The translations under genes and the position numbers were made by a program. A stretch of 60,271 nucleotides of DNA, the filler included, from Platydemus manokwari (lineage: Eukaryota), in assembly GCA_037951405.1 (NCBI GenBank). It is 5 parts of 5 records of this genome, joined end to end, with 100 filler letters (N's around TTAATTAATTAA, not from the genome) between each part and the next. Parts side by side here need not be neighbours in the genome. Positions count along the whole stretch, not along the records: positions 37,018 to 50,653 come from JBBMOY011662513.1; positions 50,754 to 60,271 come from JBBMOY011237986.1; 3 more parts are not named here. One strand, written 5' to 3'. The notes under the pieces are model-generated. The model saw nothing but the letters and a program-made list of their open reading frames with translations, was not told the origin of the DNA and did not search any database. Below, piece after piece: positions 49,800 through 60,271 of this stretch; the first letter of the stretch is position 1; every line of letters starts with the position of its first letter.

Positions 49800-50640
49800 C
49801 TAACTTCCCTCTCCCGTTGTTGTTGAGATCCTTTTTAGCCATTCAATTCTTTGATGTTTTGGCTGTCCCTGGAAATCGAGAAGAACTTGATGTGGGCTTA
49901 AAAAATTCAAAATTCTGTGTGGATATTCATAACGATCTCCGTTCTTCTTTATCATATGTGGTTCTTTCTTCACTAAAACTTCTCTAACTGTGAAAATTTT
50001 ACAACCTCTTTTCTCAGCATCGAATTCCTTTAAATTTGTGGCTACTGATTTTAGCTGGTTTTCCGCACAAATATTACAATTCCGAACTTCATGTTCGATG
50101 CTTCGTGACATATTTGGTCAGAAGTAAATTTTTTGAATGTAATCGACCATCTTCTTATTACCAATATAGCACAACTCTTCGCGAAGGTATCTCGTAAGTT
50201 TCTGCGAATAAACCTCTGGAACAACAATTAGCTTCTTTCCATTCTCGTTATACACAACCATATCTTCAAACAATTCACATTTCTCTAGACTGTTAAAATA
50301 TTTGCTTTTCTTGATCGCTGAATTAACTTCTGCTTCTGTTTTCCCTAACCATTTTCGAATTGAACCAATGACAGTATCTTCTTGTTGAATCTTTCTTAGT
50401 TCGTCATTATTTGCAATTGAATGCTCGGCAACATTAATAAACCGACTTTTTGGTTTACCTTCTTTAGCATCTTTATTGAATGAAACTGATGATGGTGTTG
50501 GTTTTGGTTTCTGGTTTCTTGTATGGTTGATAATATGTTAATTGATTAATCGATTTATGATTCACCTTTGGTTGGTGCTGGTTCTTATAGGGGCTTCAAC
50601 ACCTGGTATTGAAGACCAAGATGTCGGAAGTTAACTTTGT
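49800..50640 (-). mobile_element. Ty3/gypsy integrase remnant (zinc-binding domain fused by deletion to the C-terminus) with polypurine tract
   Basis: ELRKIQQED, KKLIVVP, YF*PNMSRSIEHEVRNCNICA, RYEYPHRI (GPY-like), ending in the purine run gggagagggaag. Confidence 0.8.
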
Positions 50641-50653
50641 TAGATTAATTTGA

Positions 50654-50753
50654 NNNNNNNNNNNNNNNNNNNNNNNNNNNNNNNNNNNNNNNNNNNNTTA
50701 ATTAATTAANNNNNNNNNNNNNNNNNNNNNNNNNNNNNNNNNNNNNNNNNNNN
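50654..50753. other. Artificial contig linker
   Basis: N44-TTAATTAATTAA-N44. Confidence 0.98.
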
Positions 50754-51073
50754 ACCACAGAAAAGATATTTCGAATAATTAAGAAGGAATCTGCATTCAA
50801 TCGACCAGGATTACATATTACAGTAGTGGCAAATTACAATTTAAAATCATTATTCCCGAGAAACTTATTTAATAAGAGTTCAATTTCCGGAACTTTAATT
50901 TCATTATCAAATAAAAGAGAAGTAAAGTTGTTAATTTTCTTTTAATTTGAGGATATTTTCACGTAATTACAATCGCTTGAAGTTAATAAATCTTAGTAAT
51001 ATATGATAATGTAAATAATTTTGATAATATAACAATTAAGAGCTTGTCAATTAGACAAATCTCTGATTCCCCA

Positions 51074-51500
51074 TCATTGTTTCGATTGAATAGCTAGACG
51101 TTTTAATTCCATTTGGAGATTGTGGCCTACCAGAATTTTGTCCTTTACTAATTCTTGTAATCTTCTTATAATTTCATACTCGTCTTCTTGATTTCCATGT
51201 AGTTCATCCCCACCATGGAATCGCTGTCCGAGTTCGATCACTCGGTGTCTTGGCGTTATTTTTGTGTTTAAGACTACCTTTCCAAAGTAATTTATAGCTA
51301 ACAAAGCTAGTGACCTGATAGTTTCCAAGTTTTTCACCGTGAATTCAATAAATATCAGTTTTTCTTGGATTTCTTGTCGAGATTATGTTTTTCGAATGAA
51401 CGACATTCTATGTTTCAATTCCACTGATCGTGGTGTAAAGTTTAAGCCAAGAAGTCCTTCTATTGGTATGTTTGTTTTGGGATTATGACCTAGCGAATTT
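51074..51500 (-). pseudogene. Decayed DEDDh 3'-5' exonuclease domain (REX4/ISG20-like), intronless
   Basis: KLIFIEFT (ExoI with acidic residues partly lost), INYFGKVVLNTKITP...V....FHG, LQELVKDKILVGHNLQMEL..L (ExoII). The same frame extends upstream past one stop codon. Confidence 0.7.
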
Positions 51501-51699
51501 TCCGAAATTAGATGGTATTCAACATTTAAAAAAATAACATTGTTATTCTTACTAATTTAAATCTTGCTAAAGTGCCGCAATCTAATTAGATCTTGACTCT
51601 CACCAAAATTATAGTATAGGTTTATCTATAATGTTTTTTTTCAAAAATAATATGTTTACTTAAAATTATGATAATTTTACATAGTAATTATTATTTATA

Positions 51700-52410
51700 A
51701 GATTTGTTTCACTCGTAGGCTAACCACCTCTTTTCATCATATTCTTTTTCATATTGTTCGTGATTGTATTTAATTTTCAATCCGGCTTTTGGCCATACTG
51801 ATAGTAATCTTCCTTGCATTAGGGTTTTGTAATAAGCAGTTTCCTTATGCTGGGCTATCGATTGTTGGTAATATAAATCGACTGGCATATTCTTTCATAT
51901 ATACATCATGTAAAACGGTGTTTTACCAATTCCCTCGTTAAGCGTATAGACAATGGTTTATGTATATAAGCCGTTACTATTTTTAAAAATCACTCATTGA
52001 AAACGAACTGAAAAGTAACGACCTCCAATTATATTTAAATACAATTATTTAAATAAATTTAATTTATACAAAAAAAATTTTAAAACTAAATTTCATATAA
52101 AATTTAATCTATAAAAATTTTAATTCAATTTAAAATGCTCATAATGTATAAATCCCAATCTCGTTGCGTCCTCTTAGTGTATCATGATAGAATATTAATT
52201 AATGTACCCTTAAATCTTTTTACTAAGTCATTTGTATGAGGATGATAAGAAAAGTATTCATCTTCATAATCCAAAATATCTCTGTAATAGCTTTCAATAA
52301 ATCCCTCAGGAAATTTGTTTATATCCTATTAGGCGTTCCCAATCGAAAAACAATGTTCTTAACACAAGTGTGAGCTACGGTTTCTGCTTTTCGGTTTTTT
52401 TATCGACACG
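51700..52410 (-). mobile_element. Ty3/gypsy integrase remnants
   Basis: KAETVAHTCVKNIVFRLGTP, SYHPHTNDLVKRFKGTLINILS*Y...DWDLY (52410-52148) and GIGKTPFYMMY...MPVDL (~51935-51875). Confidence 0.85.
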
Positions 52411-53669
52411 ATAACCAAACCCACTTCCTTCAAACTTACATTGATTGAGTTAAATTCTTGAAAGATAAATTGTACATCTATTGATTGATCAAATAAATAA
52501 TTAATATTTGTAGTTTGTTTATTTGTTATATCCAATTCACCACTCATATAATAGGACCCACACTGTTGAGTTGTAAAATTAACATCCAAAACCCAACAAT
52601 TGTGCTTGAAATGAAATAACAAGAGGATTTCAAGAAATCTCTCTAACTAAATTAGAACCATACGAATATTTTATTTACACAACTATCAATAAAGACCGAA
52701 ACAATGTTTTGTGGATACAATAGATTTTATAATGAACAATAATCAATGGGCAACTATCTGCTCTATCTCAATCCTTAATATATAAGGACATTTTTTGCAA
52801 ATTCACTAATAATACCATCAAATTATGTCAAACACTGTAGTTGATGAAGGACATACTATAAATAAATTGGATCAAACTTATCCCAAAATATCGTAAGTTG
52901 AAAACAAGAGATGGCATATAACAGCCATCATCTATATGTGTGAATAAGATTTAGACGAGTTAAGCTTAGATTTTAGTAACTTCGAACTTAAATAAGTATA
53001 AGAGATATTCAATAATCCTACGATTGTTGAGGGTACCAGCAACTAGGAAATACAAAAATACACTACGATTACCCAGCAAAAAGTTTTACAATTTCTTTTT
53101 CTATTTGACTCATTGTTAGATTTTTAAGGTAACTAATCTTCCCTTTATTAATTTCTTTAACATTTTTTGGACTTTTGTTTTTGTTTTAAATGTTTAAATT
53201 TAAAATTTATATTAACAACCCTAATTAATTCAACTTTAAATTTAATTTTTTTCAATCTTCGTTGTTTCTTGAATTATATTTTATTTAACCGTCTATACAC
53301 ATTGAAACATTGCGCCTATTCCATTCCGAAACCCTATTACTCATCTACTTGGTCTTCTACTCAATATGTACTCAACCAAGAGAAAGTCCACTTCAAAGCC
53401 TCAATTCATGCGAGCTGTTCTTTACCAATATTACAATCAAAGTTTTACGAAGCCTATTCTGCTTACTTCTACACTATAGTCTACTGAAATTATCCAAAGG
53501 AAAAACATCAAAATCAAAAAAAATTCACAAAAACAACAAATAATCAAAAACAAATATGGTACCATCAGTATTCTGATGTATCGAAATCCGAGTCATGCCA
53601 ACTCTGTCGCTGACTCCTAACAGGTATAAACACTATAAAAACAAATTGAAACAAATTAATTTAAGTCCA

Positions 53670-53703
53670 TGTTGGGGATTCTCCCACCGCCTCGTGAAGA
53701 ACA
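53670..53703. mobile_element. LTR-like terminus related to the end of 25509-25960
   Basis: ccaccgcctcgtgaagaaca versus ccaccccgccgtgaagaca. The reverse strand begins TGTTC. The other end is ambiguous (53025 or 53577). Confidence 0.35.
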
Positions 53704-56177
53704 TCTGTATGTAAAAATATATATTGGTTTTTTTACTATACAATAGTACCTAGCCCCAGGGTATAGTTACTTACAATTACAAAACCCCGTGCCGTGTATA
53801 TAGTCATCAAGCCCAGTTTTGTACATATTCAATGTTAACACCAATCCAATAAGATAAGCAACACCTTGATTATGAATATCCGAGCAGAAAAACCCTAGTA
53901 AAGAATGACACTAACATTGATCAAGGCACCAATACTCAACATAAAATAATAATTCCATGATGATCATTCTAACAAATAGCAATATAACAATGATATTGTG
54001 CCTTTTGCGTATCCAACAAATAGCAATTATATTGTGCTTTGCGAGTAAATAACTTTGACAATAATAATGATTTTGTGTAGATTTTGTGATGTGACTTTAG
54101 TCATTTCACTGTATAATCAATAATCTATGAAATTATCGTGTTTCGTTATATTATAAAAGCAGAGTAAAGGAAGCAAATGTTGGGAATGATTATGAGAAAT
54201 TATTAATTTAAAAAATATTTAATCAACAAAATATATAGATAAAAGGTAGCAATCAACAAATTGGAAATATCAGACATAAAGAAATGCACATGGTTAAAAT
54301 AAATAAATATATAAAAGGTTATTAATTATTAGCTTAAAAAATTGCAATGTCAGAAATAGGTTAAAATAAATAAATATCCAAGGATATTCATTATTGGCAA
54401 CAATGAAATAATTATCATAATTAGCTGAGTAATAAGTGGGTTATGGCAAGACAAACCACCAATAACACTAAGCGATAACCGAACGGCGAGCAGTAAACTA
54501 ACCGATAATAATCTTAGCTATTCACATTAATCTGACTGGATATATATAAATCATTCACGACGATCGATAATCTTCGACGAAGCTTGGAATTATTCTATTA
54601 CAGAAGGAGCGAGTTACGAGAGTTCATTAGCACAGTTATTGCCGCTCAACTTAAGAGTAAGGGTCATTTATTGTCACATCGCTTTTATCATTCATAGATT
54701 ATAATTTAATCGGCAAACCTAATTTTATTACATAATTTAACTAAAATAACCATTGTGGATAACTGTTATTCCCCATTTCACTAAAATTCTGCTTCGTCTG
54801 TCTTACGGATTCGCTGGTTAATTGCTTAGGCAAGGTACTAGTTTTTTGACTTATTTCTTTTGCATTCATTCATATTAAATGTCGTTTTTTTATTTTTCTT
54901 AAATAAATATTATTTATTGCATGCAGTGGGACTTCTTGATCATTAATACAAATTCGTAATTTTGATTAAAAGTTCGACTTCGAAAACCCGGGAAAGTGAG
55001 CTAGCATAAAATATTATTGAGGCGTAAATCTGAGATATTGTTTGTGCCAACCTTAGGTATTCATTCACAATTCAATCATTTTAGGCCCAGAGCAGCATCA
55101 GTTGCTCTGTGCAAAAGACCTTTTATTAAATTAACTACTTTTCCAGTAATTCATTCTTCATACCAGTTACTGAAGCCCCTGTGAACCAAAACATTTAACC
55201 TTAACCATCAAAAATAAATTTTATTTAATACAATGAACACTGAAAATAGACTGATTGATAATTAATATTGACTTATAATTTACGACTTAGTTTCATTGCT
55301 CATTAACTTGTTACATCTTGTTTTATAACTTTGCTTGACTTATGAATTTGTTATACATTAAATACATAATATGACTTTAAAATAAAGAGATAACCAGCAA
55401 TAAATCGAGTACGATATACATAATATACTGAATAAAAATAATTTCATCATTTTGAAAAATGAGACATAAATTAGACATAAAGATATAAATAAACTGAACC
55501 AGCTAATTCTAAATATAACTTATGCACCAAGAGTTGAAAAGTTCTACATTCACACCAACAAAACTAAGTCCGCCTACCAGGACTTGAAGAAACAATTTTC
55601 CTACACACCTTAGAAATTACTAACTGACGAACGAATCCTTAAATATTGCACCACCTTCACATTATGCCTAATTGGTCGCAACGACATTTCAAGAGAAAAA
55701 AGATATCAACAATATCATCCAGATTATTCTTATCTGGACAACCGATAACCAATAATAATGAAAACAAATAACCAAAAAAATGTCAAAGATTTCGTAAGGA
55801 TTCTTGCTACACACCATGTTGAAACAATAAGTGATGGACTGTAAATACAAAATAACTATCTATAACAGTCATACCTGGTTGTAACGGAATAGGGACAAAA
55901 TGAAATCAAATAACATTTATCTAACAGTGATTGTTATTTATGAATGCTCAACTATAACTAATATTGTTTGTGCTTATGCTTATATCTAACATATCTGTCT
56001 CTAATATTCTTCAATCTTTTTAGAAAAAATGGCATTGTAAATTTAATATAAAATGGCCAATACCAAGATTGACTCCTATTAACTTTTGTGAACGAGAAAC
56101 TTTAAAGGAGGTATATGTTGGGTACAACTTCTATAATACAATAAACAATTATACATGATAAATACAAAATGTTTTAA

Positions 56178-57528
56178 CCACTTAAGCATCTCGAACGAGA
56201 CCCTCTCGCACATCAAATGTGTTCCGATTTGCGCTATCCCGACTACCTTTCGCCACTTATAAAAATTATGTTTATATTTTTATCTGGAGCGATACCTTCT
56301 CGACCATTTGTATTTCATAGAACTTAGTGTATATTTATTGTATGCTCGTTCGAATTTAGTGCTCGCGCTAGTGGCATGCGTATAACAAAACAAACATAAT
56401 CAGACGTGCTTTTTCTTTGCATTCACGGTTTTATGCAATGTTTTTCAGTTGCATATTTTAAGTGTATTATATTGCAAATATTTTTTATTTATTGTTTTTA
56501 GTTGTAAAGTAAGTAATTTTTTCTTAATATTTATACATCAATTTCTATATTCATAAATTTTCATTTATTCTGTCTGATTATTTTTCAATTTTTTGCAGAA
56601 TGGAAAGTAGGATGGAAAGGAGTTTGATATTGAACATTCTGAAACCGATTCAACATGTTCAGCTCTGAGTTCTAGTTCCGACAATAAAACAGATTCAAAT
56701 CAATCGCAAAACGATATATCCGACAAATAAATATTGAAACCGATATACCCGCAGCATCAACATCTTTTGACTTTACTACAAATTCGCAGATAAATGAGGA
56801 AATTTCATCTTTTCAAAACCGAGTCAATTTTTCAACTACTTTTTCGATTAGTTCAAAATATTGTAGAGCAAACAAATTTGTATTCATATACAAACATTAA
56901 GAGAAAGAAGAGCAAACCACAAGTAGTTATGGACAATAATTTCACCATGGGAAGTGTTAATGGAGTAGATCAACACCTATCAAATTATCCTGTTACGCGC
57001 AAAAGGGGGAAGAAGTATTATAAAAAATGTTTTCCCATTTATTGGAGCAAGCATTGCGGAATGCTTTTGTTTTGAACACAAACAAGTGGGCTCTACGATA
57101 ACTTAAAGTTTCGCTTATGAATATGTAGAAATGTACCATGATTTACAATATTCTTCTAAAGGTGGTAGTCCAAGCAAGAGCAATCCATTAAGATTTCCAT
57201 AACGCAACTTCTTGGAACCATGTCCAAATATAAAAAAAATTGACCCCAACAAAAAGATGAGCCGTCTGCTGCAATAAACAAGATGAGAAGTGGAAGAAAG
57301 TTCGGCGTAAAAGTCGGTATTATTGCCCTGACTGCAAAGTGGGTTTATGTTTTACACCTTGTTTTAAGATTTATCACACAAATTTTTAATTTTTTATAAA
57401 ATTAACGTTTTTCAATTTTTATGTTTTTCTAAATTTATATTATGATTTCTACTTTATCAATATTATAAATAAATTGATAAAAACCCGCTTTTTGACCTAA
57501 TTTCACAGAAAAACCTCGCATTAAGTGG
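56178..57528 (+). mobile_element. piggyBac transposon, internally deleted (PGBD4-like transposase remnants), both ends present
   Basis: TTAA TSD at 56174-56177 and 57529-57532; termini ccacttaa / ttaagtgg. KPQVVMDNNFTMGSVNGVDQ (decayed KP..V.DYN..MGGVD..DQ) and Cys-rich tail SRYYCPDCKVGLCFTPCFKIYHT. Confidence 0.93.
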
Positions 57529-59274
57529 TTAATCTAAATTTAGAATTAAGATACAAATATAAAAATAAAACCATTAGTTACCAAATATAGTAATCACATA
57601 AATAATTTAATTAAAAAAGCAATAATAAAATACAACCAGTTGTCTCAACACTCGGTTTTCATCATGTTGAGCAATATTTTCATTGTTAATATTAAAAAAA
57701 AATATTATGACCTATATTTTAATTATTAAATATAACTCACGCTTACTAACTTTAACTTGAACCCAATTCAACTAAAATATAATTAAATAAAATCAACTTC
57801 AATTGAGTGACAATTATGTGGTTACGAAACACTACAAATAACTATCTTTCAGCTATTCAACAAACTAGGTCTCTTACGGACAAGGCCACAAGAATTATCT
57901 CTTATAATAATTAAGTCTATCGAAATAGAACCTCAAAACATTTGCATCCATAAATAAGACTCTTTACACCTGCTGAGTATTTGCCATAATTTATAACATA
58001 CAGCCTATTGAAATCAGATATATATATATATAGATGACAAGTTACTTATAATTCATTCAATACTCATTGATTATCATATACATTTTAAACCTTTATATTC
58101 AGCCATATTTATAACATACAGCTTCTTTAGATTCATGAATATATAATTCATAATAAACATAAAAATAAGCGCGTTATCAAATCAGATTTTTAACAAATTA
58201 CTTCCAACCCAATAAACACCATAATTTTAATCGGTTACCCATCCAGGCAAAATCACATGTTTAAAAATTAATAATTTTATCTTATAGAGCATAAAATTTA
58301 ATTTTAATAAAACAATTTACTTGGAGAATAACTTAACACAAATATATAAATATTATATTCTTTTCAAAATTATATATTCAAATTTTAACAAATTATCGAA
58401 AATATTCTTAAATTACATGCTTACGTTCTGAATAACACCATATTGTTTTATTTAAATGTACAGTAATAATGAGTCTCTTTTAAACAACACGTGTGCAAAA
58501 GAACCGTGCTATGAAATAATTTTAAGAATACGAATAATTAAACAATTACTTAAATTTTTCAATTTTTAGAATATTTATTTAATTTCGATTATTATTTATA
58601 ATTATAAAATTTATAACTTTTGCTAAATTATGGTTTTTAATTATCATTATCCTAATCATGTCAACAAAAATTATTTAAAATAATGAATAGTCTGAAAAAT
58701 TTGTCGAAAATTTTTCCTTCTAAAAACTAAACATTTTATTATACATGAAACCCCGATTCAATTAACTCTTAATTTTGAACCTAAATATTCTAATAACTAA
58801 AATTAATTTTATAACAAAGTAATCATAATAGTTACTATTTTCAATGTAGTTAATGGTAAATATTTATAATATCGGACTTTATATTAGAGCGTTTAAAGTT
58901 TAATTTATTGTTGCATGACATAGTCATTGATAAACACTTTTAAAACTCATATTAATGATTAAACTGATTCACAGTTTGATTTATCAGCTTGATCAGCCAA
59001 AAAAATTTAATCGACGGTCAATTCCTTATTTTTGGAATAGGAATAAGAGATATGTGTAGATATCCAACTATACATAAAAATCCAACATAAAACAAATGAA
59101 CATTAACATTCAATATCAACCAAATAAAAAAAAACGCAATTTTATCCATACCAAATATAAAATTCCAATCTGATCTAATCTTATGCCATATCAGCCAAAC
59201 TCAACCAAACTAAACATTAGCAATTAAGACTTTACAGTGCTAGTAATAATATAGAGCAGTTCTTGAAACAATTT

Positions 59275-59829
59275 TGATAAGTTAAATCAATTCTTGAAAT
59301 AGGGTCGAAATTTGGTTGTGCAATAAAGGATCCCAAGACCATAATCAAATGTAAAACAAGTGAGGGTTAGAACTCGAAAGTCTTGCCTTTATTACTCGTG
59401 AAGATAACTGTGCCTTAGATAGAAAACCAAAATACTTATCATTTCTGTGTTGTCTTGTTGATAATTTAAAATAAAACTTGTTGTAAGGAAGGCACTTTTA
59501 GGAATACTTTTCAAACTTCTAGCGAGTCAGGTAAAATTTTACCGTTGATAATAGATAAAAATAAATTCAGAAGATTCTTGAAATAATATAATCGTAGTTA
59601 AATGTCAATTTGGATAATTACTTTATTAGATTTAAGTGATAATTATGACTATATGTGGCGTGTGTGTCACGTGTCTTGAAGATACATATTTCTTGTCATA
59701 TTTTGTTCATTGTATAAAATCCTCAAAGCGATATTGAAAATGTTGTGATAAGTTAAATCAATTCTTGAAATAGAGTCGAATTTGGTTGTGCAATAAAGGA
59801 TCTCAAGACCAGATTCAAATGTAAAACAA
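59275..59829. repeat. Pair of ~85-bp direct repeats ~470 bp apart
   Basis: tgataagttaaatcaattcttgaaatag...tttggttgtgcaataaaggatc.caagacc....tcaaatgtaaaacaa at ~59275-59359 and ~59746-59829. Confidence 0.85.
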
Positions 59830-60271
59830 TTCAGTATTAGGGCGCGAAGGCCTAATTAGGTTAAAGAGAGATTACTGTTGTCTTGATCAGTCTCTATGAG
59901 TTCTAATCAAGCCCAAGTTACAATCTATTGAAACTTTTTATTTCTTTTTCCCTCTCACCATATGAAGATAGTAAGATCGGCAACTATGATCTTGTTAATT
60001 TAAATCATATCTGTCTCAAATTTTATATTAATCTATTTCCTATATAACAAAATTTTAATAAATAATACGCTTTAAGTACACTTAATTTTATTATTAAAAC
60101 ACCGATACAACAATTACAGCAAGCAAATTGATTTCAATACTATAATGTACAACTAAACACTTAAACGGCTTTCCTTACAAATTATGGATACATTAAAATT
60201 ATACTCCCCGTGGATTTGATTTTATTTAAATGACTCATTTGCTCTTCAATTAAACACTATATGAAACTATT

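Noticed and set aside
1-60271. CRISPR arrays, rRNA, tRNA, snRNA or SL RNA genes, and prokaryotic defence systems
   Set aside because: None recognised by eye. The sequence is intron-containing eukaryotic DNA with no regular repeat-spacer array. A covariance-model scan would be needed to exclude small RNAs.

Overview
Very AT-rich eukaryotic (metazoan) DNA, not prokaryotic. It has GT-AG introns of mostly ~40-60 nt and many decayed transposons. The overall picture is planarian/flatworm-like, but that is inference only. The window is five contigs joined by artificial 100-nt linkers (N44-TTAATTAATTAA-N44), so adjacency across linkers is not evidence of linkage. Recognisable host genes: an ALDH1/2-class aldehyde dehydrogenase (5' exons missing), a short gelsolin/severin-like gene (G2-G3 exons seen), TEX9, an intronless SLC10 transporter, and RPB2/POLR2B (3' end cut off by a gap). 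There are also two intronless 209-aa tandem paralogues of unknown function (possibly CINP-like) and two copies of a small lineage-specific protein that is probably secreted. Mobile DNA includes six Ty3/gypsy relics, four RLE-type (NeSL-like) non-LTR fragments, mariner ends, a pogo derivative, a hAT MITE, an internally deleted piggyBac with TTAA TSDs, and probable solo LTRs. Best leads: a DEDDh (REX4/ISG20-like) exonuclease relic just downstream of gypsy integrase remnants; a paralogue pair with a hypervariable block next to an identical tract; and an unknown ORF starting 150 bp after the TEX9 stop (possible polycistronic or trans-spliced arrangement). All assignments come from manual translation and motif recall. 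No searches were run.
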